From: an uncultured Pseudomonadales bacterium
Lineage (GTDB): Bacteria; Pseudomonadota; Gammaproteobacteria; Pseudomonadales; Porticoccaceae
DNA length: 64,000 nucleotides
Reading direction: 5' to 3'
Assembly (NCBI GenBank): GCA_943788445.1
Contig: CALSQH010000005.1
Coordinates: 3,263-67,262, forward strand
Numbering within the stretch: position 1 is the first letter of the stretch; each line of letters opens with the position of its first letter. The translations under genes and the position numbers were made by a program. The notes under the pieces are model-generated. The model had not been told where the DNA came from. It did not search any database and worked only from the letters and a program-made list of their open reading frames with translations. Positions 31,202 to 39,360 of the stretch are shown here, in pieces.

Positions 31202-32283
31202 CTAAAGCGCCGCAACCACCGCATCACCCATCTCAACCGTACCAACCCGCGTCATACCATCCGTATAAATATCCCCAGTCCGCAACCCCTGATCCAGCAC
31301 ATCACTCACCGCCTTCTCAATCGCATCCGCCGCCTCAACCGCATCCAGCGAATAGCGCAACATCATCGCCACCGACAAAATAGTCGCCAATGGATTAGCC
31401 ACCCCCTGCCCCGCAATATCCGGCGCAGAACCATGACAGGGCTCATACATACCGCCACCATCCTTATCCAGAGACGCCGAAGGCAACATACCAATAGACC
31501 CCGTCAACATCGCCGCCGTATCCGACAGAATATCGCCAAACATATTGCCCGTCACAATCACATCAAACTGCTTAGGCGCCATCACCAACTGCATCGCCGC
31601 GTTATCCACATACATATGGCTCAGCTCCACCTCAGGGTAGTCCGCCGCCAACTCAGTGATAATCTCCTTCCAGAGTACGGTCGCCTCCAATACATTGGAC
31701 TTATCCACCGAACACAAACGCTTACCGCGAACCATCGCCGCCTCAAAGGCCATACGACCAATACGACGAATCTCAGACTCACTGTACTTATACGTGTTGT
31801 AACCCTCGCGCTCACCATTCTCAAGCGTACGAATACCCCGCGGCTCACCAAAGTAAATACCACCCACCAACTCGCGAACAATCAGAGATATCCAAACCAG
31901 AGACAAACTCAGGCTTTCAACGAAGAGGCATGAGCCAACTGCGGATACATAATCGCCGGACGCAAATTACCAAACAGATCCAACTCAGAACGGATAGTTA
32001 ACAACCCCTTCTCCGGACGCAGATGACGTTCAACATCATCCCACTGCGGGCCACCCACAGCACCCAACAAAATAGCATCGGAACTGCGCGCCTTATCCAA
32101 AGTCTCCTGAGGACAGGGCTCACCCACCGCATCCAGAGCCGCACCACCCAGATGGGCGTAATCCAACTCAATACCCAGACCATACTTATCACTAACCGTC
32201 TCAAGCACCTTAACCGCTTCAGTGACAATTTCCGGGCCAATATTGTCCCCGGGTAATACTAAAACCTTCTTCTTATCTGTCAT
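31202..32283 (-). CDS. leuB: 3-isopropylmalate dehydrogenase, frameshifted as sequenced (two extra bases near 31890-31915)
   Basis: [11 protein letters not shown]...NLRPA, then [39 protein letters not shown]. 1082 nt equals 360 codons plus 2. Confidence 0.95.
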
Positions 32284-32931
32284 TACTTAATCGCTCCAAA
32301 TACCCAGGGATGCTGTGCCGCACGCTGAGTTTCATATTCTTTAATATCATCTGCATTCTGCAAAGTCAGACCAATCTCATCCAAACCATTGAGCAGACAC
32401 TCTTTACGGAACTCATCCAACTCAAACGAGAACACATGACCAGAATCGGTTGTCACCGTCTGCGCGGGCAGATCAATAGAAAGCTGATAGCCCTCTTCCG
32501 CATCCATCTCGTTAAACAGAATATCCACCTGCTCTTCCGTCAATATCACCGGCAACAGACCATTCTTAAAACAGTTGTTATAAAAGATATCCGCATAACT
32601 CGGCGCAATCACCGCATTAAAGCCATAGTCTTCCAATGCCCAGGGCGCGTGCTCACGACTGGAACCACAGCCAAAGTTCTTGCGCGCCAATAGAACTGAA
32701 GCGCCTTTATAAGCGTGGGAAGTTCAATGGAAAATCCGGATTAACCGGACGATTAGAACAGTCCGCACCCGGCTGCCCCTCATCCATATAACGCAACTCA
32801 TCAAACAGGTTGGGCCCAAAGCCACTGCGCTTAATCGACTTAAGAAACTGCTTGGGGATAATCATATCCGTGTCTACATTAGCGCGATCCATAGGACCGA
32901 CCAAACCACGGTGTGCAGTAAATGCTTTCAT
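32283..32931 (-). CDS. leuD: 3-isopropylmalate dehydratase small subunit, frameshifted as sequenced (one extra base near 32710)
   Basis: [13 protein letters not shown] and [15 protein letters not shown] lie in adjacent frames. 649 nt equals 216 codons plus 1. Confidence 0.95.
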
Positions 32932-34376
32932 TAAACGGCTCCTCCAACTTCTTGTAACAAAAAGCTTCGGACATCAACAATATGACCAGCCACCGCCGCA
33001 GCCGCAGCCATCGCCGGACTCATCAAATGGGTACGCCCGCCATTGCCCTGACGACCTTCAAAGTTACGGTTCGAGGTAGAAGCACAGTGCTCCCCCGCCC
33101 CCAACTTATCCGCATTCATCGCCAGACACATAGAACAGCCCGGCTCACGCCAATCCATTCCCGCCGCAATAAACACCTTATCCAATCCCTCCGCTTCCGC
33201 CTGCGCCTTCACCATCTGCGAACCGGGCACAATCAATACCTGCTTAACCGAACTGGCCACCTGACGACCCTTAGCCACAGCCGCCGCCGCACGCATATCT
33301 TCAATACGGGAATTAGTGCAAGAACCAATAAACACACGATCCACAGCAATCGACTCAATCGCCTGACCGCCCTCAAGACCCATATATTCCAGCGCGCGCT
33401 CAAGACCTTTGCGCTGCTCATCATTCGACTGCTCTTCCAAGGTTGGAACAGAAGCCGTCACCGGTGCCACCATCTCAGGCGAAGTTCCCCAGGTCACCTG
33501 CGGCGCAATATCATCCGCATGCAGAACAACCTCAGTATCAAACAGCGCATCCTCGTCACTGACTAAACCATTCCAGTACTCAACCGCCTGAACCCACATA
33601 TCACCCTTAGGCACAAACTGACGACCTTCACAGTAATCAATGGTCTTCTGATCAACAGCCACCATACCGACACGGGCACCCGCCTCAATCGCCATATTGC
33701 AGACCGTCATACGACCCTCAATCGACATATCGCGGAAAACCGAACCGGCAAACTCAATCGCATGCTCATTACCGCCCGCAGTACCAATCTTGCCAATAAT
33801 CGCCAACACCACATCTTTAGGGGTAACACCAGCGCCCACTGTGCCATCCACAGTCACACGCATATTCTTCATCTTCTTAGCCACCAGACACTGAGTGGCC
33901 AGCACATGCTCAACCTCAGAAGTACCAATACCATGAGCCAGACAGGCTAATGCACCATGAGTCGCCGTATGGGAATCACCACAGACCACGGTCATACCCG
34001 GCATAGTCGCGCCCAGCTCCGGACCCATCACATGAACAATACCCTGCCCCATCTCATTGATCTTGTATTCCTTAATACCATAGAGATCGCAGTTATCATC
34101 CAGCGTCTGAACCTGAATACGCGACACCTCATCCGCCATACCAGCAACACCCGCATCGCGCTCGGTTTTATCCGTCGAGATATTGTGATCAGGGGTAGCG
34201 ATATTAGTATCCAGACGCCAAGGCTTGCGATTCGCCAGACGCAGACCTTCAAACGCCTGCGGTGACGTCACCTCATGCAATACATGCCGATCAATATAAA
34301 TCAGCGATGAACCATCGCTATTCTGCTTAACAAGGTGGCTATCCCAGAGCTTGTCGTAAAGTGTTTTTCCTGCCAT
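32931..34376 (-). CDS. leuC: 3-isopropylmalate dehydratase large subunit
   Basis: [41 protein letters not shown]. Start at ATG 34376 after GGGAGA. Confidence 0.97.
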   Translation of the reverse strand: MAGKTLYDKLWDSHLVKQNSDGSSLIYIDRHVLHEVTSPQAFEGLRLANRKPWRLDTNIATPDHNISTDKTERDAGVAGMADEVSRIQVQTLDDNCDLYGIKEYKINEMGQGIVHVMGPELGATMPGMTVVCGDSHTATHGALACLAHGIGTSEVEHVLATQCLVAKKMKNMRVTVDGTVGAGVTPKDVVLAIIGKIGTAGGNEHAIEFAGSVFRDMSIEGRMTVCNMAIEAGARVGMVAVDQKTIDYCEGRQFVPKGDMWVQAVEYWNGLVSDEDALFDTEVVLHADDIAPQVTWGTSPEMVAPVTASVPTLEEQSNDEQRKGLERALEYMGLEGGQAIESIAVDRVFIGSCTNSRIEDMRAAAAVAKGRQVASSVKQVLIVPGSQMVKAQAEAEGLDKVFIAAGMDWREPGCSMCLAMNADKLGAGEHCASTSNRNFEGRQGNGGRTHLMSPAMAAAAAVAGHIVDVRSFLLQEVGGAV

Positions 34377-34460
34377 TGCCGTCTCCCAGACGTAGGTTTT
34401 GCTATTGCGCCTATTGTAGACCTGCACTATGATGAAATAAATTCATATTTAGCATATTTA

Positions 34461-34479
34461 TCATTCCCTCTAGGAATGA
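34461..34479. promoter_or_regulatory. Candidate LysR-type operator between leuC and the LysR gene
   Basis: Perfect TCATTCC-ctcta-GGAATGA dyad containing T-N11-A in the divergent intergenic region. Confidence 0.6.
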
Positions 34480-34513
34480 ATATAAAAACTAAAAACTATG
34501 AGCATTTAAAGAA

Positions 34514-35379
34514 GTGGATAACCAGAATCTAAAAGCCTTTATTACCGTCGCAGAACTCGGCTCCTTTTCAGAAGCCGCCGACAGCCTCTACCTAACTCAA
34601 TCGGCGATCAGTAAGCGCATTGCCCTGCTTGAGCAGCAGATAGGTAAAAGGACTGTTTGATCGCATCGCCAGACAGGTATCCCTCACCGAAGCCGGCAAT
34701 GAACTCTTACCCAGAGCCAGACGCATACTGCAGGAATATGAAAATGCCCTGCAGGCGATTAATGATCTCTCTGGTGAAGCCAGCGGCACACTGAGATTAG
34801 CGATTAGTCACCATCTGGGCCTGCATCGGTTGCCCCCTATTCTGAAACAGTTTGCCCAGCAATATCCCAATGTGACCTTGGATATTGAGTTTATGGATTC
34901 TGAGAAAGCCTATGAGCAGGTATTGCATGGTGACTCGGAAGTGGCGGTGATTACCTTGGCTCTGGATAGTCATCACAATATTAATAGTAAGAAGATATGG
35001 AATGACCCGCTGCGGTTTATCTGTGCGCAGGATCATCCATTGGCGGAGTTAAAGAAACCGGCGCTAAAAGATCTTGCCGAGTATCCGATTATTTTGCCGG
35101 GGTTAAATACCTATACCGGGCGGATTATTCAGAATCTTGTTTCAGAAGGAAGGGATACCTTTAAAGGCACCTATGTCGACTAACTATTTGGAGACGATTA
35201 GTACCATGGTTGAGATTGGGCTGGGCTGGAGTGTGTTGCCGGAGACGCTAGTTCGGGGGCTGCATGTGATGCCGTTTGAGGCGGTTAGGATTGAGCGGGA
35301 GTTGGGGTATATTCATCATACCAAGAGAAGTCTTTCGAATGCGGCGGTGGCGTTTTTGGGCTTGATGGATGGGGGTTAG
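34514..35379 (+). CDS. LysR-family regulator divergent from leuC, frameshifted as sequenced (extra bases near 34648 and 35138)
   Basis: GTG start gives MDNQNLKAFITVAELGSFSEAADSLYLTQSAISKRIALLE (HTH); substrate-binding domain continues in two further frames. 866 nt equals 288 codons plus 2. Confidence 0.9.
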
Positions 35380-35389
35380 AGCCCAGAAC

Positions 35390-35498
35390 CGTCACTCCAG
35401 CGAGGGAACGTCACTCCAGCGAGGGAACGTCACTCCAGCGAGGTAACGTCACCCCAGCGAAGGAACGTCACCCCAGCGAAGGCTGGGGCTGGGGCCCA
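35390..35498. repeat. Tandem array of five 19-nt CGTC-REP half units ending in one complete palindrome
   Basis: Units start at 35390, 35409, 35428, 35447 and 35466; the last reads cgtcaccccagc-gaag-gctgggg. Confidence 0.9.
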
Positions 35499-35509
35499 AT
35501 TCCAGTGCA

Positions 35510-35752
35510 CTACTTGTCTTTAACTGAGGGCAAACTCTCCAAACGCTCCGCCAACCAAACCTTGATAATAGATTGGCGCGTAACCCCAAGCCGAGCAGCC
35601 TCGTTATCCAGAGACTCAATCATCCAGGTAGGAAAATCAACATTCACGCGCTTTTGCTCACGGTTAGGCCGCTTGACGCTAGCTGTATCCAGCTGATCGA
35701 TAATGTCGGCCTTGTTGGCATCAAATTTTTCGTCAAATTCTTTAGCTTTCAT
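35510..35752 (-). CDS. BrnA-like/CopG-family antitoxin
   Basis: KRVNVDFPTWMIESLDNEAARLGVTRQSIIK ribbon-helix-helix; overlaps the toxin stop. Confidence 0.88.
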   Translation of the reverse strand: MKAKEFDEKFDANKADIIDQLDTASVKRPNREQKRVNVDFPTWMIESLDNEAARLGVTRQSIIKVWLAERLESLPSVKDK

Positions 35753-36005
35753 AAAGTGCTACCTCACTACTACGTGATCTCCTGACAGAAATTATCCTGA
35801 TATTTTCATTGCGCTGGGTAACAACTGCAGACCAAGATTTTCCGGCAATCAAACCAATAACCAGCGTGCGTCTCTCATCACCGGATTTCGCTTGGACCTC
35901 TAAAAGATCCGGGTCATCCCACAGTGACTGGGCATCAATAAAATCAATGCCGTGCTTGTCACGATTTACCTGACTTTTATAGTCATCAAACTCGAAACTG
36001 CGCAT
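35742..36005 (-). CDS. brnT: BrnT-family toxin
   Basis: FEFDDYKSQVNRDKHGIDF...IRIISVRR. Confidence 0.9.
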   Translation of the reverse strand: MRSFEFDDYKSQVNRDKHGIDFIDAQSLWDDPDLLEVQAKSGDERRTLVIGLIAGKSWSAVVTQRNENIRIISVRRSRSSEVALYES

Positions 36006-36180
36006 AGTGTATAAATTATACCTTTTTTATATTATCTGCAAGTTATTGATAAATCTTCATAGCCTTTAATCCGAGAGCGATTTTAACTAACCTGAATATA
36101 CACATCTGAGATGGGAGTCACTGAAAGTCTACACAACGGAAACCTCAGAAATAACCCGCAGACGAAAGGCGAAGTTTTAA

Positions 36181-36278
36181 GAAAAATAAGGTCAGGCTCG
36201 AATTTACCTGAACATTGTCTTACTAGTCTTGCCGCAGTATCGTATTTCCACTTTAAGTTCCACTCTGACCCTAATTTA
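36181..36278. mobile_element. 98-bp MITE-like element, copy a
   Basis: Imperfect terminal inverted repeats (GGTCAG...CTGACCC); 4 mismatches to copy b, exactly 960 nt downstream. Confidence 0.75.
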
Positions 36279-36289
36279 CTTCTAATTTA

Positions 36290-36423
36290 CGGAGACATTG
36301 GTTCCGGGGGATGCCGTTTGAGGCGATTAGGATTGAGCGGAAGTTGGGGTATATACACCATACTAAGAGAAGCCTATCGAATGCGGCGGTGGCATTTTTG
36401 GGGTTGATGGATGGAGGTTAGAA
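36290..36423 (+). pseudogene. Duplicated 3' end of the LysR gene
   Basis: Aligns with 35240-35381 through the TAG stop, with a short deletion and mostly synonymous substitutions. Confidence 0.88.
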
Positions 36424-36623
36424 ACGAGAGCTATCGTCCCAACTTAGACTGGTGCTGGACCTAGAACCTATCTCGAAAAATACTTTGGTACTAGTAACTT
36501 GAAAACAATTAATTATCGGCTATGACTTATTGAATCATATCGCCCCATAGCAGCGATTTAATGCTCGAACCAAGGAAGGGTAATGAAATACTGCAACTGG
36601 CTTACAACCGAAAAAACTAACCA

Positions 36624-37121
36624 TTGCGTATGGACTCACCAATGAGCCTTGCGGAAGTCGTCACGGCAGTAATCGCAGTTATAGCAATATCTATCTCAAT
36701 CATTTCTTTGTACAACTCTTATAGAACCTCTAAGAAAATGGTTGATTTAGAAGAAATTCATGCCAAGGTCAGTAAGATCCAACTCCAAAAATATGAAGCT
36801 GAAGAAAAAGAACAAAGAAAAGCCAATCTTCATGTTGAGCTCCAGTCCAACGGTGGCAGCGGCAAGTTCCTTATACAAAACAGAGGGCCCGCTTCAGCTA
36901 AAAACATCCACTTCTACCTTACCGAGAATAATGATCATAACCCTCTTGTAGGTGGAGATTACGAAAATAAAACACCATTCCCCACTCTCAACAAAGACGA
37001 GTCATATTTTTTCCTCGCGAGCTTCCCAATTAATATCTCACAATCAATCTATGAAATTTCGCTTCGCTGGACTAATCCAGATAACAGTCAAGAAACAAGA
37101 AATTATTCAGTCTCGAGATAA
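36624..37121 (+). CDS. Hypothetical protein with N-terminal TM helix
   Basis: 165-aa AT-rich ORF; VVTAVIAVIAISISIISLY TM then a charged helix. Start uncertain. Confidence 0.7.
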   Translation: MRMDSPMSLAEVVTAVIAVIAISISIISLYNSYRTSKKMVDLEEIHAKVSKIQLQKYEAEEKEQRKANLHVELQSNGGSGKFLIQNRGPASAKNIHFYLTENNDHNPLVGGDYENKTPFPTLNKDESYFFLASFPINISQSIYEISLRWTNPDNSQETRNYSVSR

Positions 37122-37140
37122 TCTTATACAGTAGGAATCG

Positions 37141-37238
37141 GAAAATTAGGGTCAGACTCGAATTTACCTGAACATTGTCTTACTAGTCTTGCCGCAGTAT
37201 CGTATTTCCACTTTAAATTCCACTCTGACCCTAATTTA
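37141..37238. mobile_element. 98-bp MITE-like element, copy b
   Basis: aaattagggtcagactcgaattta ... taaattccactctgaccctaattt, a 24-bp inverted repeat with 2 mismatches. Confidence 0.78.
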
Positions 37239-37767
37239 TATCGTGAGACATATGCACAATGCACTTAAAACCGAGCGTGCTGGCGATAACACCAATGCTT
37301 AACCCGAGGTTACCGGTGCTTCCCACTGAGATGGTATGTTGGGCAAATAACGCTCTGCCCTCATCGGTAGCGAAAAGATCAAAATCGTCACCTGCTTCAA
37401 TTAGGCCCTCTGCAATAGCGATTTTTTCAGCAATCACCAACACCGCATAAATGCCCCCGCGCGCTTTAATTGAACCGGCGATGGGTAGGAGGTTATCGGC
37501 CTTAACAAACAGCTCGCCTTTAATCTCCTCAGGCAGCAGCATTGCCCTAATTTCTGGCGCTCGACATAGCGGCGATTCGACAATGCCCTGCGTGCTTTCA
37601 AGTTCTGGAAACAGGTTTTTTAGTAATAGTCTGGCGCGATCCCAGAGGTAGTCGGCTTGTTCTACATCGCTGAATCCCAGGGGTAAGGTAGGGAGTACAT
37701 CGGCAGCATTGCCAAGATTGGGGTTGATCCAGAAAACTCTTTTTTGGGTTTTGATTCTGCTTAACAT
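37231..37767 (-). pseudogene. dsdA: D-serine dehydratase, N-terminal fragment truncated at MITE copy b
   Basis: FWINPN, LFVKADNLLPIAGSIKARGG (PLP lysine), VGSTGNLGLSIG, then VHMS running into the repeat. Confidence 0.88.
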
Positions 37768-37853
37768 GGTCTACGTCCTTTGTAGGTTGGGTTGTGGTGA
37801 TAAATTCGTGCCATAAGAACAGGGGCGTTAATTGATCATGCATATACGCAACT

Positions 37854-39305
37854 TTAGGGACAGCGCAGAAATTCTTTATCCACAGCCACTAAACTGTATA
37901 CTTTTCCTGTTTGATCCAGCCTGAATTGAGCAGGACCACTGAATAGAAGTTTGCCTAAATGAGGTGTTTTGACTTTTATAAAAAAAGTATCGTGATTCGC
38001 ATGTAACAAGTCACCTTTGTAGGTTGTGCCAAGGGTGAAAGACAATTCTCCGTTTGTAGCCTGTACTGTCAGGTCTCCAAGCAGAGGATGTTGATAGAGC
38101 CCCGCATAAGATTCGATTGACTGACCGGGCTTTTTGGAAGGGTCGGTAATCTCTTCTCGGTTCTTTTCTAAATCAGACAATATCGTTTCAACGTATTCTG
38201 AATAAAAAGGCACAAGCTCATTGACCCAGTCTTTATCTGGCGCATCGGTATAACGATCAATAATCCAGGCAATCAAGGGCTGCGGCATCACTTTCGTTGA
38301 ATTGACCATAACCGCAATACCCAAATCAAGCTCAGGCAAAAAAGCATGGTAGGATTCAAAGCCTTCTGCATCGCCGCCATTACTATAAAGTTTATGGCCA
38401 GAACTGCTGTCTGAAATATAGAGGCCAAGGCCTTGGTTAATAAAGTTTTTGGCGATGCCCGGAAAATCAAAATTAGCGGCAATATGACTGGTGCGCATCA
38501 TATTAATACCCTCTTCTGAAATGAGGGTTTCATCACCTATCCTGCCATCATTAAGTTGAAAGGTCAGCCATTTGGCCATATCTGCTGCGCTACTGTAGAT
38601 TGATGAAGCTGGGCCAACATTAGACGAGCGAGCATGAGAAACGGGCGTGACTGCTCCCTCTTCCGCTTCATGAGGCGTCGCAATATTGGAATTGTTTCCG
38701 AACAGATGTGGCCCAGTAATACTGTCAGTCATACCAATAGGTTTGAATAGACGATCAAGTACAAAATCATCCCAACTTATACCCGTTAGAGATGGAATAA
38801 TTTCTCCGGCGGCCAGATTCATATTAAAATTAACGTCCCAGTGATTTCGAAAGTTATTAGGCGACTCTAAATATTTCATTTTTGACAAGATGTCTGCCCG
38901 ATCAAGATCGGGATGGGGAGAAAAAGATAACATATCCGAGGGCAGTCCTGTTCGGTTCGCTAACGCATCAATTACTGTTGCGTAGTTAGAGACAAGATCA
39001 TTGCCTGTTTTAAAACCCGGCAATAAATTGACGATAGGGTCATTCCAGTCCAGCTTATCTTCTCCAACCAGAATGGCCAGAGCCGAAGCCGTGAACGCCG
39101 CAGTAGAACCTGAAATTGGAAATAACGTGTGTTCGTCAACGGGTAAATCTTTACCCACTTCTCGTGTACCGTAGCCCTTGGCAAGCAGGGTTTTTCCGTC
39201 TTTTACAATGGCGATGGCAAGGCCGGGGACCTCCCACCTTTTGATGGCGTCAGTAATATAGCTTTCCAGTTCGTTCATATCTAATGCTGTTTGATTATTT
39301 GTCAT
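37854..39305 (-). CDS. Beta-lactamase-fold serine-hydrolase homologue lacking catalytic SxxK and YxN
   Basis: WEVPGLAIAIVKDG...GYGTRE, DEHTLFPISGSTAAFT, C-terminal YAGLYQHPLLG domain; intact 483-aa frame. Confidence 0.88.
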   Translation of the reverse strand: MTNNQTALDMNELESYITDAIKRWEVPGLAIAIVKDGKTLLAKGYGTREVGKDLPVDEHTLFPISGSTAAFTASALAILVGEDKLDWNDPIVNLLPGFKTGNDLVSNYATVIDALANRTGLPSDMLSFSPHPDLDRADILSKMKYLESPNNFRNHWDVNFNMNLAAGEIIPSLTGISWDDFVLDRLFKPIGMTDSITGPHLFGNNSNIATPHEAEEGAVTPVSHARSSNVGPASSIYSSAADMAKWLTFQLNDGRIGDETLISEEGINMMRTSHIAANFDFPGIAKNFINQGLGLYISDSSSGHKLYSNGGDAEGFESYHAFLPELDLGIAVMVNSTKVMPQPLIAWIIDRYTDAPDKDWVNELVPFYSEYVETILSDLEKNREEITDPSKKPGQSIESYAGLYQHPLLGDLTVQATNGELSFTLGTTYKGDLLHANHDTFFIKVKTPHLGKLLFSGPAQFRLDQTGKVYSLVAVDKEFLRCP

Positions 39306-39360
39306 TGCGTCGTTATTCCTTTAAGAATTTGTAGATTGTTTATCTTGAAAATACCGTGCG

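Noticed and set aside
31180-34265. Long Pro/His/Thr/Arg-rich + strand ORFs opposite leuB and leuC (for example 32982-33566)
   Set aside because: Antisense shadows caused by the C+A skew, which removes stop codons.
34377-34427. Upstream extension of leuC, or a leu leader peptide/attenuator
   Set aside because: The RBS sits before ATG 34376; no Leu-codon-rich leader or attenuator hairpins seen.
35390-35498. CRISPR array
   Set aside because: The units are contiguous with no spacers and no cas genes; the sequence is REP-derived.
36111-36407. 98-aa ORF
   Set aside because: It reads through MITE copy a and the LysR duplicate out of frame.
36100-36480. Possible IS ends (TGAGATGGG ... CCTATCTCG)
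   Set aside because: The match is only about 7 of 9 bp, with no transposase; consistent with chance.
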